Both the position numbers and the translations under genes were made by a program. This document shows positions 11,259-22,862 of a stretch of DNA of 64,000 bases, in pieces. The stretch comes from Bdellovibrionales bacterium. GTDB taxonomy: Bacteria; Bdellovibrionota; Bdellovibrionia; Bdellovibrionales; JAGQZY01. The notes below the pieces were generated by a model. The model was not told the DNA's origin, did not search any database, and saw only the letters and a list, made by a program, of their open reading frames with translations. Numbering within the stretch: position 1 is the stretch's first letter; each line of letters starts with the position of its first letter. The DNA lies in the NCBI GenBank assembly GCA_964230645.1, contig CAXRHT010000002.1, positions 512,001 through 576,000 on the forward strand, read 5' to 3'.

Positions 11259-12280
11259 AGTGGTTTTCCTCGTTTTTTAAACTCAGTGGTCATTTGCACC
11301 TGAGTTTGGGCCTGATCACTTTCCTTATCGGCAACGATCAATAAGGCGGCTATATCATTGCCCTCGGCGTACTTAAAAGCTTTTTCTGCCCCCATAACCA
11401 TGAGGGCTGTGGCTAGAGCGTCAGCTCTTACACATTCATCAGCAATTATACTAACAGATAATAGCTCACTTTGCACGGCCTGACCGGTTTTGCGATCAAT
11501 AGTGTGTGGGTAGGTTTTTCCCTCAGACTCAAAGTAGTTACGGTAATTACCAGAAGTCGCGAGCGCTCCATCTCTTAAAGCCATAATTTGTTGTACCGAT
11601 CGGCCTGATTTTGTAGGCTTTTCAATGGCCACCACCCAAGGCTCTCCGAGCTTTGTCCCTCTGGCACGAAGCTCCCCTCCAATTTCAACTAAGTGATTTC
11701 CAAGGCCTTCTTCTACTAGTAGATTGGAGAGAACATCCACTCCGAAACCCTTAGCCGAGGCTGAGAGATCCAGGTAAACCGAGGCTAGATCTTTTTTGAC
11801 AAGCCACATTTTGTTCTCTTTTTTTAATTGGATTTTTTCAAAGCCCACTAATTTTTGAGTGGCTTTGATTTCCTCAGGGCTTGGGACTTCTTTAGATTTT
11901 TTAGGACCAAATCCCCAAAGATTCACCAGTGGCCCAATGGTAGGATCAAAGGCTCCACTGGTTTTTTTTGCCAGGTCAAGAGACACAAAAAGAGTTTCAC
12001 CAAACCAGGGACTGATCTTCTGCCACTCTTTAGCTCTAGACTGATTAAAATTGGTGATTTCCGAATCGGCCTCATAGGTCGACATCTGACGGTTCACTTC
12101 TTTGAGAGCTTTGGTGATTTTAGCCTCAACCGGGATAGGATCAAAATCACTCAGCGCGGTGAACTTAACCAGGAAGCGAGTACCCATAGTGGCCCCCGAA
12201 ACTTCAAAGACTTTGTTTTTGTTCTCACTTGTACAACCAATTAAAAATAGAAATACGACAGAGAACAAAAATCTTTTCAT
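11255..12280 (-). CDS. apbE: FAD:protein FMN transferase (lipoprotein)
   Basis: TMGT, FDPTIGPLVNLWGFG, DLSASAKGFGVD, EIGGE and ATSGNYR motifs. Confidence 0.95.
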   Translation of the reverse strand: MKRFLFSVVFLFLIGCTSENKNKVFEVSGATMGTRFLVKFTALSDFDPIPVEAKITKALKEVNRQMSTYEADSEITNFNQSRAKEWQKISPWFGETLFVSLDLAKKTSGAFDPTIGPLVNLWGFGPKKSKEVPSPEEIKATQKLVGFEKIQLKKENKMWLVKKDLASVYLDLSASAKGFGVDVLSNLLVEEGLGNHLVEIGGELRARGTKLGEPWVVAIEKPTKSGRSVQQIMALRDGALATSGNYRNYFESEGKTYPHTIDRKTGQAVQSELLSVSIIADECVRADALATALMVMGAEKAFKYAEGNDIAALLIVADKESDQAQTQVQMTTEFKKRGKPL

Positions 12281-13500
12281 TACCCACCAAAGTCATCAAG
12301 CATGATGTCTTCCGGTTCAACCCCAAGGTTGATAAGCATATCAATCACACTTTTGTTCATCATAGGTGGTCCACAAATGTAGTACTCACAATCCTCTGGT
12401 GCTGGGTGATCTTTTAAGTAGTTGTCTAAAAGAACTTGGTGAATAAAGCCTGTGTAACCCGTCCAGTTATCCGACTCTAAAGGTTCAGAAAGGGCCACAT
12501 GCCATTCAAAATTGGGATTCTCTTTAGCAATTTCGTCGAAATCTTCCTCATAGAACATTTCTCTTTTCGAGCGAGCTCCGTACCAAAAACTCACCTTGCG
12601 ATCGGTTTTAATTCTGCGGAACTGATCAAAGATGTGAGAACGCATGGGAGCCATTCCCGCTCCACCACCGATAAAGATCATTTCTTTTTTTGTTTGTCTG
12701 GCGAAGAATTCCCCAAACGGCCCGGAAATGGTGACTTCATCGCCTGGCTTAAGATTATAGATGTAAGATGACATTTTGCCTGGAGGAGCGGCGACTTTTT
12801 GAGGAGGTGTGGCAATACGCACATTGAGCATAATCATGCCTTCTTCCTCAGGGTAGTTGGCCATAGAGTAGGCTCTGACCGTTTCATCAGGAACATAGGA
12901 CTCGTATTTCCACAGATCAAACTTATCCCAGTCCTCTCTGTATTCTTGGCCCACTTCAAAATCTTTAAATTTAATATTAAGTCCTGGAGGTCTTTCGATC
13001 TGAATAAACCCTCCTGCGCGAAACGGAACAGCCTCGCCCGCAGGAAGTTCTAACACCAATTCTTTAATAAAAGTGGCCACAGCATCATTAGACCGGACTT
13101 TACAAACCCATTTTTTAACCCCAAAGACTTCTTCAGGCACTTCGATTTTCATATCGCGCTTTACGGCCACCTGACAGGAAAGGCGGCAACCCTGACGGGC
13201 CTCTCCGATAGAGATATGAGACTTCTCGGTTTCAAGAATATCCCCGCCCCCTTCAAAAATGTTGACCTTACACTGAGCGCAGGTTCCCCCGCCCCCACAA
13301 GCACTGGATACAAAAAGTTTATTGTCAGCCAGAACATTAAGAAGTTTTCCTCCAGCGGGAACAGTGATGTCTTTTTCACCGTTGATGTTGATCTTAACAT
13401 CTCCTGAGGAAACAAGCCTTGATTTTGCGGCAAGAATAATAGCCACCAATCCCAAAACGATGGCGGTGAACATTGTTACGCCTATGATAATAACTGTCAT
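12280..13500 (-). CDS. nqrF: Na+-translocating NADH:quinone reductase subunit F
   Basis: [13 protein letters not shown] 2Fe-2S motif, [20 protein letters not shown]-terminal DDFGG. Confidence 0.98.
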   Translation of the reverse strand: MTVIIIGVTMFTAIVLGLVAIILAAKSRLVSSGDVKININGEKDITVPAGGKLLNVLADNKLFVSSACGGGGTCAQCKVNIFEGGGDILETEKSHISIGEARQGCRLSCQVAVKRDMKIEVPEEVFGVKKWVCKVRSNDAVATFIKELVLELPAGEAVPFRAGGFIQIERPPGLNIKFKDFEVGQEYREDWDKFDLWKYESYVPDETVRAYSMANYPEEEGMIMLNVRIATPPQKVAAPPGKMSSYIYNLKPGDEVTISGPFGEFFARQTKKEMIFIGGGAGMAPMRSHIFDQFRRIKTDRKVSFWYGARSKREMFYEEDFDEIAKENPNFEWHVALSEPLESDNWTGYTGFIHQVLLDNYLKDHPAPEDCEYYICGPPMMNKSVIDMLINLGVEPEDIMLDDFGG

Positions 13501-13514
13501 CGCTTAAACCCCTC

Positions 13515-14123
13515 TTAGAGCTGAATTCCTGAAAATGCTAAAAACCCAAGGGCCATCAAACCCACCGTCATAAATGTAATTCCTAGTCCGCGCAGTCCCG
13601 GGGGTATGTCCGAGTACTTAAGCTTTTCCCTAATTCCAGCCAGTGCCATAATTGCAATAGCCCAACCAAAACCGGAGCCGAGCCCAAAAGTTACCGACTC
13701 AGCGAAGTTGTAGTCTCTTTCCACCATAAAAAGCGAGCCACCAAGAATGGCACAGTTCACGGTAATAAGCGGAAGGAAAATTCCCAGAGCGTTGTAGAGA
13801 CTTGGAACATATTTATCCAGAGTCATCTCAAGGATCTGTACCATCGCGGCGATCACCCCAATGTAGGAGATAAGCCCAAGGAAACTTAAGTCCACTCCTT
13901 CTACTCCGGCCCAGGTTAGAGCATTTTCTTTGAGTAGATAGTTATAAATTAAGTTGTTTACTGGCACCGTGATTGTTTGCACCACCACAACGGCAATTCC
14001 TAAACCGATAGCTGTTTTTACCTTTTTAGAAACGGCCAAAAAGGTACACATTCCTAAAAAGAAAGCTAGGGCAAGGTTTTCAATAAAAGCGGCTTTTATA
14101 AATAGATTAAAATAATGAACCAT
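13515..14123 (-). CDS. nqrE: Na+-NQR subunit E
   Basis: [13 protein letters not shown] and [12 protein letters not shown] motifs; operon position. Confidence 0.97.
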   Translation of the reverse strand: MVHYFNLFIKAAFIENLALAFFLGMCTFLAVSKKVKTAIGLGIAVVVVQTITVPVNNLIYNYLLKENALTWAGVEGVDLSFLGLISYIGVIAAMVQILEMTLDKYVPSLYNALGIFLPLITVNCAILGGSLFMVERDYNFAESVTFGLGSGFGWAIAIMALAGIREKLKYSDIPPGLRGLGITFMTVGLMALGFLAFSGIQL

Positions 14124-14128
14124 CTCTA

Positions 14129-14752
14129 TTAACTCTCTTCAATCTGTTCAGGTTTCCAAGTTCTCAAAGCCCAAATAAAAAATCCAATAAGGAAGAAGGC
14201 CGAAGGCGCAAGAAGTGCCAGACCATTGGGCTGAAAGGATCCACCTTCAGTCGTTGTTTTTAAAATTGTGTAACCAAGAATTTTTCCGGAACCAAAGAGC
14301 TCTCTAAAAGCGGCGACGAAAATAAGGACCACACTGTAGCCGAGTCCGTTTCCGATACCATCAAGGAGACTCATAAAAGGTGGGTTTTTCATGGCGTAAC
14401 CCTCAGCCCGCCCCATCACAATACAGTTAGTAATAATGAGACCAATGAAGACTGACATTTCTTTAGCCACGCCAAACACATAGGCTTTTAAAACCTGGTC
14501 AGTCATAATCACTAAAGAGGCAATGATTGTCATCTGCACGATAATACGAATACTTGAGGGGATATAGTTTCTAATCAAACTCACTGAAAAGTTTGAAAGG
14601 GCTGTCACCACGACCACGGCAATACACATCACAAGTGTTTTATCCATTTTTGTGGTGACCGCGAGAGCTGAACAAATTCCAAGAATTTGTAGAGCAATGG
14701 GGTTGTTATCAAAAAGTGGCTCAAAAAGGGCTTCTTTAACTTTCTTTATCAT
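14129..14752 (-). CDS. nqrD: Na+-NQR subunit D
   Basis: [18 protein letters not shown] and [13 protein letters not shown] motifs. Confidence 0.97.
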   Translation of the reverse strand: MIKKVKEALFEPLFDNNPIALQILGICSALAVTTKMDKTLVMCIAVVVVTALSNFSVSLIRNYIPSSIRIIVQMTIIASLVIMTDQVLKAYVFGVAKEMSVFIGLIITNCIVMGRAEGYAMKNPPFMSLLDGIGNGLGYSVVLIFVAAFRELFGSGKILGYTILKTTTEGGSFQPNGLALLAPSAFFLIGFFIWALRTWKPEQIEES

Positions 14753-15531
14753 TGTTCACTCTTCCTAAGTTCGTTTTCAATAAATGGTTTGAATCCGTTT
14801 TCACCAAGCCAGTAACGTAAGAGATTCTCTACACCGTTACTGGTAATGGTGGCGCCAGAAAGACCATCGACTTTATACTCTTTATCTGGATCACTGGAAT
14901 CAACCGAGCCTTTAACCACTTGAATTTGTGGCTCTAGGTTTTCATCATAGATTTTCTTTCCAGCCCACTGCGCTTTCCAACTTGGGTTATCCACCTCTCC
15001 ACCAAGGCCCGGGGTTTCGGCGTGTTCGTAAAACCCAAGACCACGCACGGTCTGAAAATCCGGAGACATGGCTAAGAAACCATAAAGGGTGGACCAGAGG
15101 CCTTTCCCGTTCACGGGAAGGATGTACATTTGGATTTGCTCACCGTCCATGACCTTATAGATGCGAGCGTATTTTGAGCGACGCTTAATTTTGGCAAGAT
15201 CTGCGCTCCCTGCAATATCAACACTGAAATTAGGGTGCTTGGCCGCTTTCCTTTGATCAAAATTCTCAGGTGGATCTTCTAGCTCTTCTCCTGTGGCTAG
15301 ATCAATGATCTCAGAATTTACTTTTTCAAAGATCTCTAGCACTTCTTCTTTGTCGGCTTTTGGATCTTTCAAAAGACCTGAGGAGAGAAGCATATTCTTT
15401 TTCATATCGTATTTTTTATTGGCTTCCTGCAGAGGTTTCAAAAGTACCGCGGCACTAGCCACGAGTACGGAACAAACCACACACAAAATGGCTGCAATCG
15501 TTAGAGTTCCGGCTACACTATCCTTTTGCAT
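14749..15531 (-). CDS. nqrC: Na+-NQR subunit C (probable start ATG 15531)
   Basis: [17 protein letters not shown] and FMN-attachment motif DGLSGATIT. Confidence 0.95.
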   Translation of the reverse strand: MQKDSVAGTLTIAAILCVVCSVLVASAAVLLKPLQEANKKYDMKKNMLLSSGLLKDPKADKEEVLEIFEKVNSEIIDLATGEELEDPPENFDQRKAAKHPNFSVDIAGSADLAKIKRRSKYARIYKVMDGEQIQMYILPVNGKGLWSTLYGFLAMSPDFQTVRGLGFYEHAETPGLGGEVDNPSWKAQWAGKKIYDENLEPQIQVVKGSVDSSDPDKEYKVDGLSGATITSNGVENLLRYWLGENGFKPFIENELRKSEQ

Positions 15532-16726
15532 AACGCATCTTCCTTCTTTTAATATTCGCAGACACCACAAAATAATCGATCAGCGGAGCAAACACGTTTC
15601 CAAATAAAATCGCCAACATCACACCCTCGGGGTAAGCCGGGTTGATTGAGCGCACAACAATGGTCATAAAACCAATCAGAGCTCCGTAAACCCACATCCC
15701 TTTTGTGGTCATGGCTGAACTCACGGGATCAGTAGCCATGAAAATACAACCAAAAGCAAATGAGCCAATCACAAGGTGCCACTCAGGCCCTAGTTGAAAC
15801 ATGGGGTTAGCGTCCGAGGCGAAAATCTTGAGAAGTGAAGACATCCCCACCATTCCAAGAGTCATGGAGAGCATAATTCGCCACGATCCAATGCCGGTGG
15901 CTATAAGAATGGCGGCACCGATTAGGCAAGCAAGAGTTGAGGTTTCTCCCATGGAACCTGGAATAAATCCAAGAAAAGAGTCCCACCATGAATAAGTCAG
16001 GTTGCTCGGTCCACCGTTAGCAGCTTCGGCTAGCATTGTGGCCCCAGAATAACCGTCAGCAGCAATCCAAACTTTGTTCCCTGAAATTTGGGCGGGATAA
16101 GCAAAGAAAAGAAAAGCACGGGCTGTAAGGGCGGGGTTTAAAAAGTTTTTGCCGGTTCCTCCGAAAATTTCTTTTCCAACAACCACTCCAAAAATAATTC
16201 CAACGGCCACCTGCCAAAGAGGAATGGAAGCTGGGAGGGTGAGTGGATAGAGAAGACCAGTGACAAGAAAGCCCTCGTTGACTTCATGTCTTCTGACGGT
16301 GGCAAAGACCACCTCGCACAGTCCTCCGGCCATATTGGCGACTAAAAAGACTGGGACAAAATAAAGAGCTCCCAAATAAAAACAACTCAAAATATTTTGG
16401 GGATCAACTGAAGGGTAGATGAAATGAAAGAGCATTCCACGCCACCCATCAACACTCTCCGCTCCCATTTTCATAAGAGCGATTTGAGATTGGTAGCCCG
16501 TATTATAGAGAGCCATGAAAATAGCTGGGATCAAAGCCACAGCCACTGTGATCATCATTCTTTTTAGATCGATACCGTCTCGAACATGAACCCCACCTTC
16601 GGTGGTTTCACCCGGGGTATAGAGAAAGGTATCAACGAGTTCGTAGAGGGGATAAAAGAATTCAAGCTTCCCCCCCTTTGCAAAGTGCTTATGTTGAGAG
16701 TCCAGAATATTGCGCAGGGGCTTCAT
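15518..16726 (-). CDS. nqrB: Na+-NQR subunit B
   Basis: [25 protein letters not shown] and flavinylation motif DGYSGAT. Confidence 0.97.
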   Translation of the reverse strand: MKPLRNILDSQHKHFAKGGKLEFFYPLYELVDTFLYTPGETTEGGVHVRDGIDLKRMMITVAVALIPAIFMALYNTGYQSQIALMKMGAESVDGWRGMLFHFIYPSVDPQNILSCFYLGALYFVPVFLVANMAGGLCEVVFATVRRHEVNEGFLVTGLLYPLTLPASIPLWQVAVGIIFGVVVGKEIFGGTGKNFLNPALTARAFLFFAYPAQISGNKVWIAADGYSGATMLAEAANGGPSNLTYSWWDSFLGFIPGSMGETSTLACLIGAAILIATGIGSWRIMLSMTLGMVGMSSLLKIFASDANPMFQLGPEWHLVIGSFAFGCIFMATDPVSSAMTTKGMWVYGALIGFMTIVVRSINPAYPEGVMLAILFGNVFAPLIDYFVVSANIKRRKMRYAKG

Positions 16727-18078
16727 AACACTTCCCTTTCAATTTTATCTAAATTCGTTCTTAGTAAGGCGCAGAAGTCGACTTTTCCAGGTGCCACAAA
16801 AGTACAGGGCCCGAGGTCTTCTTCGGCGATTTCAAGACAGCCAAGCTCTTGAGCGCCTTCGATATCTCCGGAAGCCAGAGCTCTTAAAAGCTGAGTGGGC
16901 AGAATATCAAGAGGCATGACTCTTTCAAACATTCCAATCGGCACCATGGCTCTTAAAGACCCATGAGTTGAGGAACCGAGAGAAAAGCGTTTTCCTGGCA
17001 TCAGTTTAGATAGATAAATTCTTTTTGTTGAAAATTTATCAAAGCCTGGTGATTGCCAGCCTAAGAATTCACGATTGTCGTCTTCTTCGATCGCGGTGAT
17101 TTGGTTGTGATACTGACCGAGGTAATCAAAAGAACCCTCAGCTTTTCTGCCCCAAAGAACGGAGCCTGAAATCACACGATTGGTTTTATCCGTTTTTAAT
17201 TCATTACTTGTTATTTCAGAGACTTTAGCCCCTCTTAAAACACGCACAAGTTTCGGGTTCTCAGCCTGTGGGCCTACAAGACTGATAACTTTGTCTTTTT
17301 TAAGGCTTCCATTTAAAAATAAGTGGCCGATAGCGATCACATCTTGGTAACCAATATGCCAAGAGACCGTTTCAAGATTCACAGGATCAAGAAAGTGCAT
17401 ATGAGTTCCGGCAAGGCCTGCAGGATGAGGGCCTTCAAACTCCGCCACTTCCACATTGGAATTGGTTTTTACATCTATGGCCTTTGCGACACAAAGATAG
17501 GTTTTTTCTTTGGGAAGTTTTGAGAGAATTTCAAGACCGGCTTCAAACTCTTCTTTTTTTTCATTAATGATAATTTCAGGATTGGGCGCTAAGGGATGAG
17601 TGTCCATGGCTGTGACAAAAAGACTTTTGGGTGTTGAACCCACTTTGGCTACTTTTTCAAAAGGTCTTTGCCGAAGAGTCATCCACTCCCCTGTTTCAAT
17701 CAGGGTTTCGCAAATCTCCTCACGGGAGTAAGACTCGGGCGCTTTGATTTTTACGCTATTAAGCTTTGTATCGGGCTGGCTAGAGTTAAGAGAAATAACC
17801 ATGGACTGGAAGGCTCTCTTCTCTCCACGATTAATGGCGACCACTTTTCCTGAAAATCTAGAACAAAAGATAAGACCTTCGTTCTTTTTGCAAGAAAAGA
17901 GCTTCTGCCCGGGAGAGACTGTCTCCCCTTCTTTCACATGTATACTTGGCTTCATTCCAATAAAGTCTGGACCAATCACTGCCACTTCGCTGGATTCTTT
18001 TTCAAAAATCTTGGAGTCTTCCACTTCACCGCAAATGGGCAGGTCAATCCCCTTCTTAAGACGAACTTTCTTAGACAA
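16723..18078 (-). CDS. nqrA: Na+-NQR subunit A
   Basis: [24 protein letters not shown] and [10 protein letters not shown] motifs; TTG start with GAGGTG RBS. Confidence 0.95.
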   Translation of the reverse strand: MSKKVRLKKGIDLPICGEVEDSKIFEKESSEVAVIGPDFIGMKPSIHVKEGETVSPGQKLFSCKKNEGLIFCSRFSGKVVAINRGEKRAFQSMVISLNSSQPDTKLNSVKIKAPESYSREEICETLIETGEWMTLRQRPFEKVAKVGSTPKSLFVTAMDTHPLAPNPEIIINEKKEEFEAGLEILSKLPKEKTYLCVAKAIDVKTNSNVEVAEFEGPHPAGLAGTHMHFLDPVNLETVSWHIGYQDVIAIGHLFLNGSLKKDKVISLVGPQAENPKLVRVLRGAKVSEITSNELKTDKTNRVISGSVLWGRKAEGSFDYLGQYHNQITAIEEDDNREFLGWQSPGFDKFSTKRIYLSKLMPGKRFSLGSSTHGSLRAMVPIGMFERVMPLDILPTQLLRALASGDIEGAQELGCLEIAEEDLGPCTFVAPGKVDFCALLRTNLDKIEREVL

Positions 18079-18301
18079 TTCGACACCTCAATCCTGTAAT
18101 AGAGGGCCACAACCTAATAAAACACTTGCTTCTTTTCAATAAAATTTCAGTATTTTATTAATTTGAGCCCATAATAGAGAGGCTTTTCCGTGGAATTCAG
18201 CAATTTAGATTATTTTTTAAGCAGCTTTTTGATCTGGCATTTTAAGCCCATAGTGTGCCATTGAGAAGAATTCGCAGAGACTCAAATTAACCAGAGTCCA
18301 G

Positions 18302-18892
18302 TCATTTCAGTTTTTTGGCTTTAAGAATCATATCTTTCCACAGATCTAACTCGTTGCAACTTACAATCTTTACACGATCGAACTGGGACTGCTCGGCATT
18401 GTCGTAGAAAGGAGCCACTTTAAATTCAATAAGGTCCTCACCTTTTTTAATATAGAAAAAGCAATGAGAAACCGGGCGACGGGTGGGAATCGGATTCTCC
18501 AAACGAAAGCCAGTAAAAGAAAAATCTTTGGTCTGAGTGTTTACAATACTACCCACAATGTCGACCATGACGGGAATACCTATGTAAAAACGCTCGTGTA
18601 GCCGGTTATCTACTGGTTTACCTATCAATTGATGCTCCAAGGATTTTCCGGAGCTGTTCTTATCGATGGTTGGAGGCTTTCTCAGCAGGCCATCTTGGTC
18701 TTTTAATATTTCGGTAATCATGTCTGTGAGCTTGAACCATTGATCCCTCTCGGCAATCCACACATTATAGTCCGCCCATTCACCAGTGCGAAATATTCGG
18801 CAAAGTCCATTGAACTGAGTCCAAGACAGACGTTCAACCAACGTTTTCGTGGGCTTATGATGTAGGTAATAGTGATGTTTGGTATCAAACAT
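18302..18892 (-). CDS. PilZ-domain protein (putative c-di-GMP receptor) with Trp-rich N-terminal domain
   Basis: RxxxR (RLHER) and DxSxxG (DFSFTG) motifs. Confidence 0.7.
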   Translation of the reverse strand: MFDTKHHYYLHHKPTKTLVERLSWTQFNGLCRIFRTGEWADYNVWIAERDQWFKLTDMITEILKDQDGLLRKPPTIDKNSSGKSLEHQLIGKPVDNRLHERFYIGIPVMVDIVGSIVNTQTKDFSFTGFRLENPIPTRRPVSHCFFYIKKGEDLIEFKVAPFYDNAEQSQFDRVKIVSCNELDLWKDMILKAKKLK

Positions 18893-19071
18893 GGCGCCCC
18901 CCCAGGTTCACTGAAATTATCTTAAACTAAAAACATTGATGCAAGGACTCTTCCACTAACTTTTCGATAGTTCCTCATTATTCCGACAAAAGGGTGGGAA
19001 GAAATGGGGGCTCTCCCCTTTTGATGCGTAACAAGACCTTCATGTTTTTGCGGAGGTGAAATGTGAATGAT

Positions 19072-19099
19072 AAAAAAAGCCCCCTACTTGGAGGGGGCT
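19072..19099 (-). terminator. Intrinsic terminator of katG
   Basis: AGCCCCCT/AGGGGGCT stem followed by a T run on the minus strand. Confidence 0.75.
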
Positions 19100-19120
19100 C
19101 TGATGCCAAATTTACACTTT

Positions 19121-21412
19121 TTAGGACTTTCTCAGGTCAAATCGATCGAGCTGCATCACTTTGGCCCAGGCTTTCACGAAATCTTCCACAAACTTTCTTT
19201 TGCCGTCATTTGAGGCATAGACTTCAGCAATGGCTCGAAGCTCTGAGCTGGAACCAAAAACAAGATCCACAGGTGTGGCAGTCCACTTTTGTTGACCCGT
19301 TTTACGGTCAACACCTTTGTAAATGCCTTTAGTTCCTGACTTCTTCCACTCCGTATCCATGTCCAGTAGGTTTACGAAGAAATCGTTACTAAGAGTTCCC
19401 ACTTTTTTGGTGAAAACACCGTGTTTGGTGCCATTGGCATTGGCCCCCAAGACTCTAAGGCCTCCAACCAGAACCGTCATCTCCGGAACTGTGAGAGTGA
19501 GTTTGTTGGCTTTATCGACAAGCATATAAACGGGTGAAAACTCGCTTTCTTTTTTATTAAAGTAGTTTCTAAAGCCGTCGGCTGAAGGCTCCAGATAACT
19601 AAAAGAAAGAACGTCGGTTTGCTCTTGGGTGGCGTCGGTGCGTCCTGCTCTAAATGGAACCTTAACATTGACTCCAGCACTTTGCGCGGCCTTTTCAACC
19701 GCAGCGGCTCCACCGAGTACGATCACATCAGCTAAAGAGACATGGCGACTGCTCCCAATGCTTTTATTGAAATCTTTTTGGATTTTCTCAAGCTTGCCTA
19801 ATACCTTAGAGAGCTCCTTGGGGTTATTCACAGCCCAATCTTTTTGGGGCTCTAAGCGAATGCGGGCACCATTGGCTCCACCGCGCATGTCCGTTCCACG
19901 AAAAGAGGAGGCCGAGGCCCAGGCGGTACGGATAAGCTCTTCACGGCTTAAGCCTGATTTCAGGATACGAGCTTTTAGCTGATTGGCTTGAGCGTTCGTA
20001 ATACTTCTCTTCTCAGCTTTTGGTACCGGATCTTGCCACTTAAAAGTTTTCTTTGGAACTTCGGGTCCGATGTAGCGTGCTCTTGGGCCCATATCACGGT
20101 GAGTGAGTTTAAACCAAGCCTCCGCAAAAGCTTGCTCAAATTCTTTCGGGTTTTCAAGAAAGCTTTTGGCAATCTTGTTGTAAGCGGGATCTTTTTTCAA
20201 GGCCAAGTCGGTCGTGAACATAATTGGCGCGTGACGTTTTTTAGGATCATGAGCGTCGGGAACGAGGTTCTCCGCTTGTCCGTCTTTTGGAACCCACTGA
20301 ATTGCTCCACCGGGGCTTTTTGTCTGCTCCCACTCAAAGTTAAAAAGGTTTGAGAGGTACTGCATGGAAAATTGCGTGGGAGTGGAGGTCCAGGCGCCTT
20401 CAAGACCACTGGTCACAGTGTCTTTGCCTTTTCCTGCTCCACACTTATTTTTCCAACCCATTCCTTGAGCTTCAATGTCACTTCCCGCGGGAGCTTCACC
20501 CACACAGTCATCAGGTTTATGAGCACCGTGGGCTTTACCAAAGGTGTGTCCTCCGGCAATGAGGGCCACCACTTCGCGGTCGTTCATGGCCATTCTGGCA
20601 AAACTCTCACGAATGCGGTTGGCGGACTCTTGAATGTCGGGCTTTCCATCCGGTCCTTCTGGGTTGACATAGATCAGTCCCATTTGCACAGCCCCTAAGG
20701 GCTTTTCAAGTTTACCTTCTTTGCCGCGACGTTTTTTTGTTGAGGCTAACCAAGAATTCTCAGGGCCCCAGTAAACAAGGTCCGGCTCCCAATCATCCAG
20801 GCGTCCCCCGGCAAAACCAATGGTATTAAAGCCCATAGATTCCAAAGACACATTTCCTGTTAAAACCATCAGGTCGGCCCAAGAGAGTTTCTTGCCGTAC
20901 TTCTTTTTAATCGGCCAAAGCAGTCTTCGGGCTTTGTCGAGGTTGGCGTTATCAGGCCAACTGTTAAGAGGCTCAAAGCGCTGCTGCCCTCCGCCGGCTC
21001 CACCACGACCGTCGTGCACTCGGTAAGTTCCAGCACTGTGCCAGGCCATACGAATGAAAAAAGGTCCGTAGTGACCGTAGTCCGCCGGCCACCATTCTTG
21101 AGAGGTTTTTAAAACTTTTTCGATATCTTTTTTGACTTGTTTAAGATCTAATTTTTTAAATTCCTGGGCGTAGCTGTATGAGCGATCCATTGGATTGGAC
21201 TCTTGGGCGTGCTGACGCAAAGGTTGCAGGTTCACCATTTCTGGCCACCAAAATTGATTGGGTTTGGCTAACCCTTCAGGCAATCCCTCACCCGGTTCAC
21301 CGGTCACAGTCTGAGGATTTTTTCCTCCCATCGACCAGGCTTGATGGGCACTTAAGAAAAGTGCCAGTGTTAAAACAATATTTGAGACAAAGAATAAACC
21401 AATCTTGCCCAT
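19121..21412 (-). CDS. katG: Catalase-peroxidase with N-terminal signal peptide
   Basis: [39 protein letters not shown] and [10 protein letters not shown] motifs. Confidence 0.97.
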   Translation of the reverse strand: MGKIGLFFVSNIVLTLALFLSAHQAWSMGGKNPQTVTGEPGEGLPEGLAKPNQFWWPEMVNLQPLRQHAQESNPMDRSYSYAQEFKKLDLKQVKKDIEKVLKTSQEWWPADYGHYGPFFIRMAWHSAGTYRVHDGRGGAGGGQQRFEPLNSWPDNANLDKARRLLWPIKKKYGKKLSWADLMVLTGNVSLESMGFNTIGFAGGRLDDWEPDLVYWGPENSWLASTKKRRGKEGKLEKPLGAVQMGLIYVNPEGPDGKPDIQESANRIRESFARMAMNDREVVALIAGGHTFGKAHGAHKPDDCVGEAPAGSDIEAQGMGWKNKCGAGKGKDTVTSGLEGAWTSTPTQFSMQYLSNLFNFEWEQTKSPGGAIQWVPKDGQAENLVPDAHDPKKRHAPIMFTTDLALKKDPAYNKIAKSFLENPKEFEQAFAEAWFKLTHRDMGPRARYIGPEVPKKTFKWQDPVPKAEKRSITNAQANQLKARILKSGLSREELIRTAWASASSFRGTDMRGGANGARIRLEPQKDWAVNNPKELSKVLGKLEKIQKDFNKSIGSSRHVSLADVIVLGGAAAVEKAAQSAGVNVKVPFRAGRTDATQEQTDVLSFSYLEPSADGFRNYFNKKESEFSPVYMLVDKANKLTLTVPEMTVLVGGLRVLGANANGTKHGVFTKKVGTLSNDFFVNLLDMDTEWKKSGTKGIYKGVDRKTGQQKWTATPVDLVFGSSSELRAIAEVYASNDGKRKFVEDFVKAWAKVMQLDRFDLRKS

Positions 21413-21465
21413 AATTCCTCCTTCACAATTGCTCTGATCTTCTCCTTAAAAGCAATAGTCTACCA

Positions 21466-21501
21466 ATATTATTATTTTATCATGTGATAGATAGAAACTA
21501 T
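21466..21501. promoter_or_regulatory. OxyR/LysR-type binding site upstream of katG
   Basis: ATAG-N7-CTAT at 21487-21501 with a degenerate ATAT-N7-TTAT at 21466-21480. Confidence 0.5.
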
Positions 21502-21597
21502 CCAATAGGAAAGGCTTTCTGAATACCGTTTTGGTGTTTTGCAGGAGTGTGGCAAAACTCATTTTTGGTATTGCATGGAGACTCAAGAAGCCTCTTC

Positions 21598-21634
21598 GGA
21601 ATCCAGTATACCGTGCCCGGTATACGGGATACCG
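21598..21634 (+). repeat. Dispersed ~36-bp GGATACC/GTATACC element, copy 1
   Basis: GGAATCCAGTATACCGTGCCCGGTATACGGGATACCG aligns with 22079-22114 and 35154-35189. Confidence 0.55.
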
Positions 21635-21805
21635 TTTCGAATTCTGGCTCCCAATGCCCCACCAATTGATAATGCCTATTAAAATGCCTCAACCTGACCC
21701 ATTTTTTTTTGATCTGAGTAGAAAACGACACTGAATTCATTTTTTTGAGTTTTTTGGCCAACTCTCGTGTAAGGTGAACTCTGAACAAAATTACAAGAGG
21801 TTTTA

Positions 21806-22000
21806 ATGAATAAAGGTACAGTAAAGTTTTTTAATGGAAGTAAAGGTTTTGGTTTTATTACCCCTGAGGAAGGCAAAGAAATATTCTTTCACATTTCTGA
21901 AGTTCAAGGTATGGAGCCAAGAGACGGCGACAAAGTCGAATTTGAAATTGGCCAAGGTCAAAAAGGCCCATGCGCAACCGGCGTTAAGGTTATCAATTAA
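21806..22000 (+). CDS. Cold-shock protein (CspA family)
   Basis: [14 protein letters not shown] (RNP1), IFFHIS (RNP2) and KGPCA motifs. Confidence 0.96.
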   Translation: MNKGTVKFFNGSKGFGFITPEEGKEIFFHISEVQGMEPRDGDKVEFEIGQGQKGPCATGVKVIN

Positions 22001-22029
22001 TTCCTTTTGTTAAAAATCAAAATAATCAG

Positions 22030-22061
22030 AAAACCGACATCCAGAATGTCGGTTTTTTTTT
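22030..22061 (+). terminator. Intrinsic terminator of the csp gene
   Basis: AAAACCGACAT/ATGTCGGTTTT stem followed by a T tract. Confidence 0.8.
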
Positions 22062-22078
22062 GCAAAAGTTTGGAGGGT

Positions 22079-22114
22079 GGATACCATATGCTGAGACCGG
22101 TATTCTGAATACCG
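22079..22114 (+). repeat. Dispersed ~36-bp GGATACC element, copy 2
   Basis: GGATACCATATGCTGAGACCGGTATTCTGAATACCG aligns without gaps to 35154-35189. Confidence 0.6.
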
Positions 22115-22134
22115 GTCGGCTGACTGATTTCTAT

Positions 22135-22706
22135 TCGGATATCTGATATTAGTTATCTGTTATCCTGATATCAGATTTATCGATGAACCGCCTTCGAACC
22201 GCAGCTCTGAAGGAGGCCGCGAGGCCAGTCACTAATTTTAGCTAACAAAAATCGGTCTAAAAATTAAGATGGTGGTTAATTTGTTTCCTTACTTTAGTAA
22301 ACGTTCTTTTTTGCTCGCCATAAGCGCCCTTGTAAGCTTGTAAAGACTGGCTCCGAGTTGATCACCTACAGTAAATAACTCGGGTTTCTCGACACCTTCA
22401 AGCTTCAGGATAGCCTGACTCTCTCGAAAGGAGCCATAAGCAATTTCAAAAATTCTCAACCGATCTTTGCGGGATGATTTGGCATTGCCTTCTGCCAGAT
22501 TCAGAGAAACTGAAGATGCTGATCGTAAAAATTGATCTCTCAAAGGACCTGAAAGTTTTATTTTTTTACCAAGCTGGTAATATTCAACGGCTAAATCAAG
22601 GGTTCTAAATTTGGTCATTTTATTATCCTCCACAAGTAGGAATTGCAAAGGATGCCAAGAAGAGAGCCCTTCAGAGCTCTGAGCTCAGATATCCGAGCTC
22701 TGGAGT
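22135..22706. repeat. Heptad-repeat flanks and nested inverted repeats around the four-helix-bundle gene
   Basis: TCGGATATCTGA (22135-22146) is the reverse complement of 22685-22696; AGCTCTGAAGG (22203-22213) is the reverse complement of 22668-22678; 7-bp periodic units at ~22136-22178 and 22672-22706. Confidence 0.7.
22289..22618 (-). CDS. Four-helix-bundle protein (23S rRNA intervening-sequence protein / Avd-like family)
   Basis: LRDQFLRSASSVSLNLAEG...R...FEIAYGSFRE signature; ATG 22618 with GGAGG RBS. Confidence 0.88.
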   Translation of the reverse strand: MTKFRTLDLAVEYYQLGKKIKLSGPLRDQFLRSASSVSLNLAEGNAKSSRKDRLRIFEIAYGSFRESQAILKLEGVEKPELFTVGDQLGASLYKLTRALMASKKERLLK

Positions 22707-22728
22707 AAATGCCTCCGGCATTTACGAT

Positions 22729-22817
22729 TGGTGCCCCGGGCCAGACTTGAACTGGCACGACCCTTACGGGTCCCAGGATTTTAAGTCCTGTGCGTCTACC
22801 AATTTCGCCACCAGGGC
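22729..22817 (-). tRNA. tRNA-Leu(TAA)
   Basis: GCCCTGGTGGCGAAATTGGTAGACGC...CAGGACTTAAAATCCTG...GTTCAAGTC...GGGGCACCA; long variable arm; encoded CCA. Confidence 0.96.
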
Positions 22818-22862
22818 TCTGATGAGAAATGAAGATTCTAACCTCACATAAAATGTGCTAGG

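Noticed and set aside
21498..21876. Short ORFs between katG and csp
   Set aside because: They overlap promoter and repeat sequence or are antisense to csp, with no recognisable features
1225..22618. Diversity-generating retroelement (Avd-like gene plus fibre target)
   Set aside because: No reverse transcriptase in the window; the fibre repeats differ at synonymous positions of all bases, not specifically at adenines; no TR/VR pair seen
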